A DNA stretch of 64,000 nt from Minisyncoccia bacterium (lineage in GTDB: Bacteria > Patescibacteriota > Minisyncoccia > UBA6257 > 2-01-FULL-56-20), in assembly GCA_049997875.1 (NCBI GenBank), contig JBEKRC010000001.1, positions 172,609 to 236,608 of the forward strand, read 5' to 3'. Numbering within the stretch: the stretch's first letter is position 1; each line of letters opens with the position of its first letter. This document shows, in pieces, positions 47,920-58,749 of the stretch. A model generated the notes under the pieces. The model was not told the origin of the DNA and did not search any database. It worked only from the letters and a program-made list of their open reading frames with translations. The position numbers were made by a program, and so were the translations under genes.

Positions 47920-48900
47920 GTGGTAAGGCTGCTCGCCATGCCCTATAAAGCGGCTCCTCACGTTTGCCCAGTGTGCAAGGAGCATGCCAGATTTTCTTTT
48001 ATTCTGGATCACAAAAGCGGCAAAGATGAATGGACTTTATATGAATGCCTCGGGTGTCTGGTACAGTTTTGGATGCCATTTCGGGAGGCGGGGAGGTCAT
48101 TTTATGAAGGATATTTTCAGGTGAGGAAAAGCATGAAGCCAACCTTGAGTTCCGCGCATCGCCGGTTTTTAAAAACTGAACGCAGTTTCGTGAAAGGGAT
48201 ACGAACTCTCGATGTTGGCTGCAATACCGGGGATGTCATGGTCGAATTGCAGAAGAAAGGATGCGAGGTATGGGGAGTGGATATTGATGCGAACGCCATC
48301 AATTTCGCTAAAAAATATTTTGGCCTCCGGCACGTTTACGCAATGTCTTCTTCGAACTTTTTCCGCTTGCCGGATCTGCCGAAATTCGACCTCATCACTT
48401 TTTTTGAATTGATAGAGCATTTGGAAGACCCGGTCGGATTCGTTCATGATGTAGTAAAATTTTTGAAACCCGGCGGCAGGGTCGTGCTTAGTACTCCCTC
48501 CCGGGAGCGTTTTTTTGCGACTTCCATAAGCTCCGACCCTCCTCCGGCGCACCTTACACGATGGAACGAAGTGGCAATAACCAATCTTTTTAAAGGGACC
48601 GGCTGCGAATTCGATAAGGCAATTTATGTGGATCAAATGAAGCTTCTTGTCGAGGCATTTTCGAGGAAGCTTGCCATGGGGCTTGTGACGAAAACGGCAA
48701 GGGCATTCAAAGACAAACGCATCAATACCGAGGACGCGACAGTGGTAGGAGGGAATATGGTCACGAAAATGGTCCACGCCGGCGCCTATATGAAGAATTA
48801 TCTGTTCGGAGGATTACCGGCCGGTTTTTTCTTCTTGCTCGGAAAAATAACTGGCCGGAAGAACGGGGATATGATCGTTTGGATGCGGCGGCACGCTTAA
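47920..48900 (+). CDS. SAM-dependent methyltransferase with N-terminal Cys4 zinc ribbon
   Basis: CPVC...CLGC then LDVGCNTGDVMVEL. Paralogous to the N-terminal half of 55068-57017. Confidence 0.7.
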   Translation: MVRLLAMPYKAAPHVCPVCKEHARFSFILDHKSGKDEWTLYECLGCLVQFWMPFREAGRSFYEGYFQVRKSMKPTLSSAHRRFLKTERSFVKGIRTLDVGCNTGDVMVELQKKGCEVWGVDIDANAINFAKKYFGLRHVYAMSSSNFFRLPDLPKFDLITFFELIEHLEDPVGFVHDVVKFLKPGGRVVLSTPSRERFFATSISSDPPPAHLTRWNEVAITNLFKGTGCEFDKAIYVDQMKLLVEAFSRKLAMGLVTKTARAFKDKRINTEDATVVGGNMVTKMVHAGAYMKNYLFGGLPAGFFFLLGKITGRKNGDMIVWMRRHA

Positions 48901-49849
48901 CGATTCGCTTCGAAATAAAAACCGTGGTTCATCAGCTCCGGCGGCAATACCGCTGGGTCGAATTCCTCGGTCAGTTTTCCGTCGGAGCCCATGGCAAAAG
49001 CGCGGTAGCCCAGCCCCGCAAGAAGATCGAAAACCGCTTTCGGCTTATGGCCAAAACGTTCGGTGTGCCATTCTTGGATCTCAAATACAAGGCGAGGATG
49101 GAATCGTTCAAGGGTCTTCTGGCCCCCGAGGAGCATATGAAACTCTCCTCCTTCAATGTCCGCCTTTATAAAATCAAGGCGCTTGATATGGTGCTCATCA
49201 GCGAAGTCGTCGAGGGTCGTCATGGTGACAGGAATCCTCTTGCCATAATAGTTATATCGCGAAGCGCCTCCGCTCCCGCGAAATTCCTGGGAGACAAAGA
49301 AAGAAGTTTCGCCTTTTTTATCTCCAAGCGCCTGGTTTATCAATGCCGCATTGGAGATGTGGTTCAGCTTTATATTTTCCTCGAGTTCCTTGAACGTAGA
49401 GTAGATCGGCTCAAAGGCAAACACCTTTCCGCCCTCTCCGACATAGCGCGCGAAGTGGGTCGTATACCAGCCAAAGTTGGCTCCTGCGTCCAACACGGTC
49501 CAATCTTTTTAATAATGCCTCTCATGAGGTTCGTTTCTTCTTCCTCGAAAGAGCCAGTGTAGAATAGTGCGCTTGTGGTTGATTGGCCCGGCCGCACGAA
49601 AAACTTCATACCGTTTTTCATCACGGCAATGATCGCGTGGGGTGAAATTTCAATGCGTTCAAGGTTCGCCATGCCGACGACGGCCATAAGGTCGCAGGCG
49701 TTCACGAGGCGCTTTTCCATCAGGGAGGTTATTGCGCCATTTTTCGTGGTCAAGCGAGCGAGGTTCTCGTAACGCCTTTTCAAGAAATTCGCAAGGCGTT
49801 CATCTTTTGCGACTATTTTTTTAAGCCAGAGAGGAACTTTCATAGTCAT
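48897..49849 (-). pseudogene. FkbM-family methyltransferase split over two overlapping frames (frameshift near 49440-49500)
   Basis: The 48897-49496 product begins at the FkbM core (LDAGANFGWYTTHF...). The 49370-49909 product supplies the N-terminal region in another frame. It could be a sequencing error or a genuine pseudogene. Confidence 0.45.
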
Positions 49850-49890
49850 AGTATGTAAAAAAGTTTTGGAAATTACAAGTCTTTTCTGGC

Positions 49891-50862
49891 ATGGATTTTT
49901 ATGCGACAATGTCCCTAATGGCTTTTAAGCCCTCATCTCCAAAAGTGACGGTGATCATCCCTACGTATAATCATGTGAAGGTCATCGGGCGTACCATAGA
50001 AAGCGTGCTCTCGCAGACCTATTCCGATTTTGAGATCTTAGTGATCGACGATCGCGGCACTCCCGATACGAAGCCCACAGTGGAAGCATTCGTGGAGCGT
50101 GATCCAAGGGTGCGCTATATCCCGAACGAAGTGCGTCTCGGCCTTATGGAAAATAAAAATAAAGGAGTCCGGCTCTCAAGTCCGAGCGTTCTCTACATGG
50201 CATTTTTGGACGATGATGACGCTTATCTCCCGAAATATCTAGAGAGGACCGTCGCGGAGATGGAAAAACATCCCGATGCCGTTGCGGTGACGACCGACTG
50301 CGAATTGCGGCACCAGAATGGGGAATTCGTGAAGAGATATAGATGCGAGCGAGAGATTTTCTGGAAGATCTCTATCGGCAACGGATGCCTCGTGAGGAAA
50401 TCTGTCTTTACCAAGCTCAATATTTGGTATGACAAGGACGCTATATTTGAAGACCTTGATTTCGGCGTACGCGTGGTGAAAGACCATGCGTGGGTTGCCA
50501 TCCCCGAAGTGCTTCGGATCTACTACCGCTATTATGACGAGCAGGGGACTTCCATGAGCACAATGTATACTAGGTCCACCCCGCGGGAGAAGCTGGAATA
50601 TTTCATGACGAAGAACGGCGTGATCTACGAAGCAGCGGGGAATCATGCGCTTGCATGGATACATTCTTTGACGGGGAAAATGCTTATCCGGGCAGGGCAT
50701 TTTGGAGCCGGCCGCAAACATTTACGCAAATCGCTTACTCTTGACCCGCGACCCTCCTATCTTGCGTACTATCTTATCGCGCTATTCTTCCCGTCCGCCT
50801 TCGCGAAGCAGTCCATCGCCGTCTGGAAGAACAAGATTCTGGGAAAACTGGAGAAAGAATGA
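49891..50862 (+). CDS. glycosyltransferase family 2
   Basis: VTVIIPTYNHVKVIGRTIESVLSQTY...VIDD. Confidence 0.8.
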   Translation: MDFYATMSLMAFKPSSPKVTVIIPTYNHVKVIGRTIESVLSQTYSDFEILVIDDRGTPDTKPTVEAFVERDPRVRYIPNEVRLGLMENKNKGVRLSSPSVLYMAFLDDDDAYLPKYLERTVAEMEKHPDAVAVTTDCELRHQNGEFVKRYRCEREIFWKISIGNGCLVRKSVFTKLNIWYDKDAIFEDLDFGVRVVKDHAWVAIPEVLRIYYRYYDEQGTSMSTMYTRSTPREKLEYFMTKNGVIYEAAGNHALAWIHSLTGKMLIRAGHFGAGRKHLRKSLTLDPRPSYLAYYLIALFFPSAFAKQSIAVWKNKILGKLEKE

Positions 50863-52019
50863 CCAAAGTCCTTTTTGTATATACTCATACGGTTTTGGGC
50901 GGCGGGGAGACCATGCTCGTGCGTACGATTTCGGGGCTCGATAAGAAGAGAATTGCCTCCGTGGCAGTCATTTCTTCGAAGAACGAACGTTTGTACCAAG
51001 AACTTACGCGCGCGGGGATCCGTTGCGTGCGGTTGCATGACAAGAACCGTCCATGGAAGAACAAAGTATTCAAGGCAATCGTGCAGATCCCAAACTTTCT
51101 TTTATTGAACGTGAGGATGTTTTTTATCATTGTGAAGGAAAAACCGGACATCGTGCATGCCGGTCTCTCTTATTCCGCACTGTGGAGCATAGTGCCCGCG
51201 CGGCTCCTCGGAAAAAAATTTGTATGGGTAGGGCAAACATTGTCGGATTTTTTCGCCTATCCTTTTTTATCAAAGATGCTCATGCGTCTTTCGGATGTGA
51301 CCGTCCTTACGTGCGCCGACTTCAACCGGCTTCTCAAAGAAAACGGCATGGCGGGTGTCGGAAGGACCGAGGTCATCTACACGGGCCTCCCGCAGAACGT
51401 TTTCGAGAGCCATTCTGGCGGCCCAATCCTCAACATTGGTGAGCATCACATAAAGCGGCCCATTGTTGCCCTCATTGCGCGATTCGACGAATCACAAAAG
51501 GGATTTGGATACTTTTGGGAGATGGCAGGGATCATCCATGGGAAAATGCCGGCAGTGAATTTCGTCGTTGCTGGCGCACCGGTCAACGCCGCGGAAGAGG
51601 AATTCAAAAAGAGACTTGACGCGCTCGCCAAGAAGCTCGGCATCTGGGATAACTTGTTTTGCGTTGGGTTCGTGAACGACCTGCCGGTTTTTTTCCCTTG
51701 CGTTGACGTGGTGGTGATCCCGTCGACCTATGAAGCACCTTCGGCGGTTGCGATGGAAGCCGGCGCGGGGGGAAAACCGGTTGTTGCATTCGCGGTAGGA
51801 GGGATTCCCGAGGTGATACGCAACGGTGATACCGGCTGGCTGGTACCGCACGGCGACGCGCGGGGCCTTGCGGAAAAAACCATGCTTCTCTTGCGGGAGC
51901 CGGAGAAAGCCGCCCGCATGGGTGAGCGGGGCAGGGAATTCGTGAGGAAGACGTTTTCGCAAGAAAGGTTGGCCGAAAATTACTCGCGGCTTTATGAGTC
52001 GCTTGTCCGGGGCGCATGA
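50859..52019 (+). CDS. glycosyltransferase family 4 (GT-B)
   Basis: C-terminal IPSTYEAPSAVAMEAGAGGKPVVAFAVGGIPEVI. Confidence 0.8.
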   Translation: MTKVLFVYTHTVLGGGETMLVRTISGLDKKRIASVAVISSKNERLYQELTRAGIRCVRLHDKNRPWKNKVFKAIVQIPNFLLLNVRMFFIIVKEKPDIVHAGLSYSALWSIVPARLLGKKFVWVGQTLSDFFAYPFLSKMLMRLSDVTVLTCADFNRLLKENGMAGVGRTEVIYTGLPQNVFESHSGGPILNIGEHHIKRPIVALIARFDESQKGFGYFWEMAGIIHGKMPAVNFVVAGAPVNAAEEEFKKRLDALAKKLGIWDNLFCVGFVNDLPVFFPCVDVVVIPSTYEAPSAVAMEAGAGGKPVVAFAVGGIPEVIRNGDTGWLVPHGDARGLAEKTMLLLREPEKAARMGERGREFVRKTFSQERLAENYSRLYESLVRGA

Positions 52020-53155
52020 AGATCGGCATTGATGCGCGCCTGCTTGAGCGGCACATGACGGGAATCGGGCGGTATCTCTCCGATCTTGTCACGGAACTTC
52101 CGCGCTTGGACAAAGAGAATCGGTACACGCTTTTTTCCTATCGGCCGGTTTCCGGCTTCAGTGTTGCCAATATGAAGAACGTTCCTACGCTTGATGTCAG
52201 GAGCGAGGGGAGGTTCCAAAAAGTCATATCTCCGCTTTGGTTGAACTTCATTCTGCCGCGGTTCCTCAAAAAAGAGGAAATAGACATCTTTTTTTCGCCA
52301 AACAACCTGCTTCCAATGAGAAGTACCGCGACAAAAAACATCGTTTCCATTATGGATGTCTTCGCGCTTCTCAATCCGCGCTTCCACTCGCCGCTTTACC
52401 GGGTATATTCAGTCCCGGTGTTAAAGAGGTCGGCAAGGAGAGCGGACCACGTCATCACCATTTCGGAATGCTCAAAGCGCGATATCGTGAAATTCCTGGG
52501 AGTTTCGGAAGAAAAGGTGAGCGTGACCTACCCTTCCGCCGCAAAACGTTTTATGCCCCGGGAGGTTCCTCGCGAAACACGCGGTCTCCTTCGGCAGAAA
52601 TACCGTCTCCCGGAGCATTTTATTCTTTACGTCGGCGTGATTGAGCGGAGAAAGAACATTGAGGGAATTATCCAGGTCGCCGATGGTTTGAACAAGCCCG
52701 ACGATCTCCCCCTGGTGCTTGTCGGCCGCTTGGGCTATGGCGGAGAGCAGTATGTGAAAGAGATCAGCAAACGGAAAAATATGCACTGGTGCGGTTTCGT
52801 AGCGGACGAAGACATGCCTCTCTTCTACAATATTGCCTCGGCGTTTCTTTTTCCGTCCTGGTACGAAGGGTTTGGCCTCCCTGTTCTTGAGGCTATGCAG
52901 TCGGGGCTTCCGGTCGTGACCTCAAATAGCTCTTCGTTGCCCGAAGTTGTTGGTTCTGCCGGAATAACGCTCGCGCCGGCCGACTACGGAGGGTTTGCGC
53001 GGGAACTGCGCGGCCTTACTCGCGACGGCGTGAAACGCAAGGTCCTGCGCGACGCGGGCATCGCGCGCGCCCGCCTCTTTGATCCGGAAAGAACCGCGCG
53101 CGGGACGATTGAAGCGTTCAAAATTGCATGCCGGGCGCAAAAAGTTTATAAATAG
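52016..53155 (+). CDS. glycosyltransferase family 4 (GT-B)
   Basis: [37 protein letters not shown]. Confidence 0.8.
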   Translation: MKIGIDARLLERHMTGIGRYLSDLVTELPRLDKENRYTLFSYRPVSGFSVANMKNVPTLDVRSEGRFQKVISPLWLNFILPRFLKKEEIDIFFSPNNLLPMRSTATKNIVSIMDVFALLNPRFHSPLYRVYSVPVLKRSARRADHVITISECSKRDIVKFLGVSEEKVSVTYPSAAKRFMPREVPRETRGLLRQKYRLPEHFILYVGVIERRKNIEGIIQVADGLNKPDDLPLVLVGRLGYGGEQYVKEISKRKNMHWCGFVADEDMPLFYNIASAFLFPSWYEGFGLPVLEAMQSGLPVVTSNSSSLPEVVGSAGITLAPADYGGFARELRGLTRDGVKRKVLRDAGIARARLFDPERTARGTIEAFKIACRAQKVYK

Positions 53156-53159
53156 GGAT

Positions 53160-54137
53160 ATGGGAAAACGGGCTCTTATCACTGGTATTACCGGTCAGGA
53201 CGGCTCATATCTTGCGGAGCTTCTCCTTGCGAAGGGGTATGAGGTCTTCGGGCTTGAGCGCCGCGCTTCCAGAAAGAACCGCACGAACATCGCCCACATC
53301 GAACGCCGTTTGCAGCTCATCTCGGGGGACCTTCTTGATGAGGGATCGCTTGTGAGAGCGTTGCTCATCGCCCAGCCTGACGAGGTATATAATCTTGGCG
53401 CCCAGACCTTTGTTCCGGAATCTTGGAAACAGCCAATCTACACGGCGGAGGTTTCGGGCCTCGGGGCCTTGCGCCTGCTTGAAGCGGTTCGACAGGTGAA
53501 CCCGAAGATGAAATTTTACCAGGCCTCCACTTCTGAAATGTTCGGGAAGGTTCAGGCGATCCCTCAAAATGAAAAAACGCCTTTCTATCCGAGAAGTCCC
53601 TACGGCTTTTCGAAATTGGTGGCCCATTGGGCGACGGTGAATTATCGCGAGTCCTATGGAATTTTTGCGGTCAGCGGCATTTTATTCAACCATGAATCCC
53701 CGCGGAGAGGTTATGAATTTTTGACGAGAAAAGTTTCAAATGCCGCCGCACGCATCTCGTTGGGACTGGATAAAGAGCTTATGCTCGGGAATTTGGAGGC
53801 GAAGCGCGATTGGGGATATGCGGGTGATTATGTGGAAGCGGTGTGGCGCATGCTCCAGGCGCCATCCCCCAGCGATTACGTTATCGCGACCGGCATCCAG
53901 CACAGCGTTCAGGAATTTGTTGAAAAGGCATTTTCAATCGTCGGCCTTGACTGGAAGCGATACGTGAAAACCTCTTCCGAGTTCTTGCGGCCCGCCGAAT
54001 CGGACCTCCTGGTCGGAGATGCCTCAAAAGCGAAAAAAGAGCTCGGGTGGGTTCCAAGGGTTAACTTTGACGGGCTCGTCAAAATGATGGTGGAGAGCGA
54101 TCTTGTCTTGAACAAAGGGAGTCAATTGCCGGCATAG
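53160..54137 (+). CDS. gmd: GDP-mannose 4,6-dehydratase
   Basis: [25 protein letters not shown]...[10 protein letters not shown]. Confidence 0.85.
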   Translation: MGKRALITGITGQDGSYLAELLLAKGYEVFGLERRASRKNRTNIAHIERRLQLISGDLLDEGSLVRALLIAQPDEVYNLGAQTFVPESWKQPIYTAEVSGLGALRLLEAVRQVNPKMKFYQASTSEMFGKVQAIPQNEKTPFYPRSPYGFSKLVAHWATVNYRESYGIFAVSGILFNHESPRRGYEFLTRKVSNAAARISLGLDKELMLGNLEAKRDWGYAGDYVEAVWRMLQAPSPSDYVIATGIQHSVQEFVEKAFSIVGLDWKRYVKTSSEFLRPAESDLLVGDASKAKKELGWVPRVNFDGLVKMMVESDLVLNKGSQLPA

Positions 54138-54139
54138 CC

Positions 54140-55063
54140 ATGGCCGCGCGTTCGATGGGTCCGAAGGTCAGCGTCATTATCCCTACCTACAACCGTCCGC
54201 AGCTCATCAAGCGGACGGTGGGAAGCGCGCTTGAACAGACATATAAGAACATTGAGATCATTGTGGTGGACGGGGATCCAACCGGCGCCACAGCGAAGGT
54301 GCTCGCGCCGTTCGTCAAGGCCCATCCCGGCGTGGTCAGAGACTTCCGTTTTGAGCAGTTGCCGCGGACGGGGACGGTATACGACCGCGCGAATATCGCA
54401 CGGAATCGGAACGCGGGCATCCGCATTGCGGAAGGGAAATATATTGCACCTCTGGACGACGACGACGATTGGCCCGACAATGAGAAGCTGGCGAAACAAG
54501 TAGCCTTCATGGAAGCGCATCCGGAATATACTTTGACGGCTGGCGGCCTGATGGGCGTTATCAAACATCCCGGCGGCACGGTGACGAAAGAAGCGATACT
54601 TTTTGCCGAGCGCGACGAGGATATTCGGAAGATGATCCTCATGCTTTTCGGGATCATGAACAGCACCGTCATGTATAAAAAGTGCGATTGGGAGAGGGTC
54701 GGCGGCTACGACGAAATCCATCCCGTGAGCGAGACGCAGGACTTTCACCTGAAACTCGGAAAAATAGGGAAACTGTACAATTTTCAGGATTATTTCGTCC
54801 GTTACGTCTTTGGGGAACACGAGAGAGACCACATCGTGAAATATGGAAGGTACTGCTTGTATGACGGCTTTCGGATCATTTGGACCTACCGCAAGGATTA
54901 CCCCGGGGTTTATAAGGCGTTTGCCGTCCAAGCTTTGTATTATGCGTACACATTTGTCCCTCTGGGTATAAAAAACGTTCTCCGCTCCTTTTCCGCGAAG
55001 ATTCAAGTCGCCTTTTTTCGAAAATTCGGCGGAACCAACGCTAAGAGGGAGAAAATGTCATAG
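54140..55063 (+). CDS. glycosyltransferase family 2
   Basis: VSVIIPTYNRPQLIKRTVGSALEQTY...DDDD. Confidence 0.75.
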   Translation: MAARSMGPKVSVIIPTYNRPQLIKRTVGSALEQTYKNIEIIVVDGDPTGATAKVLAPFVKAHPGVVRDFRFEQLPRTGTVYDRANIARNRNAGIRIAEGKYIAPLDDDDDWPDNEKLAKQVAFMEAHPEYTLTAGGLMGVIKHPGGTVTKEAILFAERDEDIRKMILMLFGIMNSTVMYKKCDWERVGGYDEIHPVSETQDFHLKLGKIGKLYNFQDYFVRYVFGEHERDHIVKYGRYCLYDGFRIIWTYRKDYPGVYKAFAVQALYYAYTFVPLGIKNVLRSFSAKIQVAFFRKFGGTNAKREKMS

Positions 55064-55067
55064 TTTT

Positions 55068-57017
55068 TTGCTTGCCATGAAAACGCCGTACCATCCGAAA
55101 CCGACTCGCTGTCCTATTTGCAAAAGAGGGACAGACTTTGCTTTTATGGAAAATTACAAAGATCAAAACGAAAAGCAATGGTCTCGCTATGAATGTTGCT
55201 CCTGCGCGGTGCAATTTTGGCTGCCGCTCGTCGCGCCCGAGGGAGATGCCTATGAGGAGGACGTTGCATATCAAGGAAAAAGCGAGGTGCTCTCCAAAAA
55301 AAATGCGCATGCAATCGTCCGCGGGTATTGGAACGCAAGACAGTTTCTTTCGGACTTCTCCAAAAAGGGCGCCGCTCCCAAGAAACTTTTGGATGTAGGC
55401 TGCGGGACGGGTGAATTCGCTTTTGTGGCGGGCGAACTTGGGTATCAAGTGGAGGGAGTGGACTTCAATGCGGGCGCCGTGGCGCTCGCCCGCGCGCGCT
55501 TCGGCCTCAGGGACGTTTTTGTGGCTGACGTTTACGCTTTTTTAGAAGACAAAAGAGAAGCCTATGACGTTATTACCGCTTTTGAGGTTATTGAGCATTT
55601 TCCCGATCCCGGGCGTTTTTTGGAACTGGCGCGCGGCGCTCTCACGGTCGGCGGCGTGCTTGTCCTTTCCACTCCGAACCGCGATCGCTACTGGGGGCGC
55701 ATCAATGCACGGAGCGAGTCATGGGATTTTCCTTACCAACATCTTTCGCGATGGAGCGTGCGCTCGCTCCGGAACTTCGCCGAGGACCGTGGCTTCGGTG
55801 CGGTCCGTATGAGAGAAGAACTGCCGACCGATTGGTTCGTGGAAAGGTTGCGGAGCGCGGCTGGCATGTTTTTGGGAAAGCCGCGGGCAGACGACCGTCG
55901 GAGCGCTTCCGAACGGACGCGGAGCCGCCTCGGGTTTTCAAGATACGAGCGCCTGAAGCGTGCGGTCCTCGCGGTTTGTGAGGTGCCCGCCGCAATCATG
56001 CATTTCATCTTCCGCTTCAAAGGGGTCCATCTGTACGGCGTTTTCATAAAGGATAGAACGGCGGATTACGGCCCGGTTGTCCGATGGCTTCGGAGCCCTG
56101 CACGCAAGCCAATCGTCCTTTCCATGAGCCGGTGGATCGGGCCCCTGCGCGTGCGCCTCCTCGCGTTCAAAGGATATTTCGCCGGCATATTCTCCCGCTA
56201 TGACCTGTACGCCTATCTGTTCAAAGGGGCGAAGAGCAGGACAAAAGAACAACGCTTGCTTCTTGCGTATTACCTTCAACGGGAAGCGACACTCGCGGCC
56301 ATCAAGCAGTTCGTCCGCGCCGATGGTTCTGTGGAATTCTGCGGCCGACCATTTTTTCCTTGCGAAGGGAATTACTGGGAAATGATGATGCTGTTTGACA
56401 GCACCGTGACAAAGGATCCCTATCGCGCGGAGCAGTTCTTAAAAGAGGATTCGGTAGTAATAGACGCTGGAGCGAACACGGGCGTTTTCACCGTCCTCGC
56501 TGCGACGCTCGCCCCCAGAGGGAGGGTGTATGCTTTCGAGCCGATACAAAGGACCTTCGCGGCGCTTATGCGGAATACCGAACGGTTGCGAAAAGAAAAC
56601 AGGGTGGAATGCCATCAAGAGTTCCTTGCAGAAAAAGATGGAGAGAAAGTCATGCGTGCGGCGCTTTCCGGATTCACGGGCTCTCTTGCCGAAGATAGTC
56701 CCTTCGTGCCGCACCAGGACACTTTTGATTTTGATATTGTGGAAAGAGTAAGAACGATCCGCATTGATGATTTTGTGAAGGAAAAACACATAAAACGCCT
56801 TGATTTCATTAAGATCGACACGGAGGGATATGAGCGGTTTGTGCTCCAAGGCGCGCACGAGACCATCCGCAGATTCAAGCCCGTCATTGCCATGTCTGCC
56901 TATCACAATCCCGACGACAAGGAAGTGCTGCTGGCGTTCGTAAAAAGCGCGTGTCCGGAGTATGTTGTGGAACTCTCGCAGGGCACCGAGGAGGATTTCA
57001 TTTGCTACGTCCCTTAG
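55068..57017 (+). CDS. fusion protein: zinc ribbon plus class I SAM methyltransferase plus C-terminal FkbM-family methyltransferase
   Basis: N-terminal CPICK...CCSC and LDVGCGTGEFAF. The C-terminal half has VIDAGANTGVFTVLAA and the paralog-conserved ending AMSAYHNPDDKEVL...EEDFICYVP. Confidence 0.7.
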   Translation: MLAMKTPYHPKPTRCPICKRGTDFAFMENYKDQNEKQWSRYECCSCAVQFWLPLVAPEGDAYEEDVAYQGKSEVLSKKNAHAIVRGYWNARQFLSDFSKKGAAPKKLLDVGCGTGEFAFVAGELGYQVEGVDFNAGAVALARARFGLRDVFVADVYAFLEDKREAYDVITAFEVIEHFPDPGRFLELARGALTVGGVLVLSTPNRDRYWGRINARSESWDFPYQHLSRWSVRSLRNFAEDRGFGAVRMREELPTDWFVERLRSAAGMFLGKPRADDRRSASERTRSRLGFSRYERLKRAVLAVCEVPAAIMHFIFRFKGVHLYGVFIKDRTADYGPVVRWLRSPARKPIVLSMSRWIGPLRVRLLAFKGYFAGIFSRYDLYAYLFKGAKSRTKEQRLLLAYYLQREATLAAIKQFVRADGSVEFCGRPFFPCEGNYWEMMMLFDSTVTKDPYRAEQFLKEDSVVIDAGANTGVFTVLAATLAPRGRVYAFEPIQRTFAALMRNTERLRKENRVECHQEFLAEKDGEKVMRAALSGFTGSLAEDSPFVPHQDTFDFDIVERVRTIRIDDFVKEKHIKRLDFIKIDTEGYERFVLQGAHETIRRFKPVIAMSAYHNPDDKEVLLAFVKSACPEYVVELSQGTEEDFICYVP

Positions 57018-57039
57018 AGTACCATTTAACTATAGACGA

Positions 57040-57298
57040 GGTTGATTTGACGCACGTTCGCCGGTACGAATTCGCAAGGCAATACGTTTCCGGGAAGAGC
57101 GTGCTGGATGTGGGGGGGGGCGCCGACGGCGTCGGGGCGGCGATCCTTGCCGAAGTTGCGGCGAAGGAACTGACGTTCCCGCAATTCTTTTGTCTCATGA
57201 ACACTTATTTCAGCCGTCCGGAATTCTTCGGACAAATTTTCTACAAGGAACCAATGTGGAAAACAAAAGTGCTTAATCTTATGAAACAGATGGCATGA
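57040..57298 (+). pseudogene. 5' fragment of a SAM-methyltransferase gene
   Basis: YEFARQYVSGKSVLDVGGGADGVGAAILAE (motif I) and then it ends. The 3' flank of the preceding gene is duplicated at 58555-58625. Confidence 0.4.
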
Positions 57299-57424
57299 CG
57301 CGCTTACCCTCCGTATTACCATGAATGGGAAAATCGCTGTCCAGATGATGCAGCGTCTTGCTTCCGCTGCTGACCTTGTGAATGTCGTGGGTAAGAAAAA
57401 TTTTGAGCGTGCCGAAATTTTTCC

Positions 57425-57830
57425 TCAGTAGATCCCCACGGGCAAGCCCGTGGGGATCTCAGAGGTCAAGCTTCGCCTGACCTGAATCCTGGTCCTGCTG
57501 CCAGCGGACGTAGTTGAGAATCTTAGTTTCGTCCAGGCCAACGGTGGACACGAAGTAGTCGGGCGACCAAACGATGTTTTCTTTCCAGTATACGTTCTCC
57601 AGCCAGGCAAACTGTTTCCTCAGGATGCTTGCGGTCTGGGCTTTGATGCGGTCGATGACCTCACTCACGGCATACTTCGGCGGGATCGACAGGCAATTCC
57701 TTTGACAAAACGGCGCTCTCAACGACGTCTTCCCTAAGTGATTTGATTTCGGTATCATTACCAAGAAAGGCATCGATCGCGCTTCGGCCAAGGAGATAGG
57801 CGGCTGTGCCGATCAAGTTAACCGAACGCG
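57425..57830 (-). mobile_element. tnpA: IS200/IS605-family remnant: frameshifted tnpA (Y1 transposase C-terminal half) plus subterminal 12-bp palindrome
   Basis: The 57459-57791 product contains IPPKYAVSEVIDRIKAQTASILRKQF..LENVYWKENIVWSPDYFVSTVG.DETKILNYVRWQ (IS200 TnpA C-terminus), but the N-terminal HuH region is missing or out of frame. Hairpin gatccccacggg-caag-cccgtggggatc at 57431-57458. Confidence 0.5.
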
Positions 57831-57833
57831 TCC

Positions 57834-58574
57834 ATGAGAATAAAGAACGCTCCATTATATGTAAAAACCGTTGTCCGCGATTTGCGACATCCGCTTCTCT
57901 TTTTGCGATCAATGCCATGGGATGAGTCGCTCAAAAAAATTACGGAATCCGCCTCATTGTTCGGGGATATTTCCGTATTAGACCAATATTGTGCGAGGGA
58001 GTTCATAAAAAAAGGGGACGTGGTGATAGAAGGCGGCGCAAACATGGGCGTTTTTTCCTGTCTTGCGGCGTCGCTTGGTGCAACGGTTTATGCTTTCGAA
58101 CCCTATAAAAAGGCGTTCTTTATCTTGTCAAAAAAAAATCAAAGATTTTCCTCCATCATCCCGGTTCATTCTGCTCTTGGCGATAGGAATGGGACTGCCA
58201 TGTTGAAGGAGGGCGGAGAAAGACATTTCGGTTGCTCCACAATGACTGATACCAGCTTGAATCCCTTGGGGTTTTCGTGGGAACCAGAATGCCAAGTTTC
58301 CGAAGTGCCGATAACAACTGTTGATGATTTCGTGAATAAGAATGGAATACGGAAAGTGGACTTTGTGAAGCTGGATATCGAGGGATACGAGGCGCAAACT
58401 CTACGAGGCGCGTTGAAAACGATAAAGAGAGACAGGCCCGTGATTGCCATGTCCGCCTACCATCACCCAGAAGACAAGAAAGTCCTCCCCGAGATCCTCC
58501 ATTCAGTCGTCCCGGACTATGTCTGCCGGTTGGAAAAAAGGGCGGAGGACGATTTCATTTGCTACGTCCCTTAG
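57834..58574 (+). CDS. FkbM-family methyltransferase
   Basis: VIEGGANMGVFSCLAA ... AMSAYHHPEDKKVLPEILHSVVPDYVCRLEKRAEDDFICYVP. Confidence 0.7.
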   Translation: MRIKNAPLYVKTVVRDLRHPLLFLRSMPWDESLKKITESASLFGDISVLDQYCAREFIKKGDVVIEGGANMGVFSCLAASLGATVYAFEPYKKAFFILSKKNQRFSSIIPVHSALGDRNGTAMLKEGGERHFGCSTMTDTSLNPLGFSWEPECQVSEVPITTVDDFVNKNGIRKVDFVKLDIEGYEAQTLRGALKTIKRDRPVIAMSAYHHPEDKKVLPEILHSVVPDYVCRLEKRAEDDFICYVP

Positions 58575-58639
58575 AGTATAGTATCTTTTAACTATGGACG
58601 AAGGCGGCACCTGCTCCGGAATGCCAGTGGAAAAATCAT

Positions 58640-58720
58640 CAACGCCGCTCGCTCCGGAATTTTGCTGGGGATCGCGGCTTCGGTGCGATCCGTACGGGAC
58701 AGCAATTAGTTCAGATCGCG
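58640..58720 (+). pseudogene. duplicated internal fragment of the 55068-57017 methyltransferase gene
   Basis: ccgctcgctccggaattttgctggggatcgcggcttcggtgcgatccgtacggga parallels 55758-55825 (SLRNFAEDRGFGAVRMRE). Confidence 0.4.
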
Positions 58721-58749
58721 CAACAAAGGGCAAGTAGCACGAAGAAATA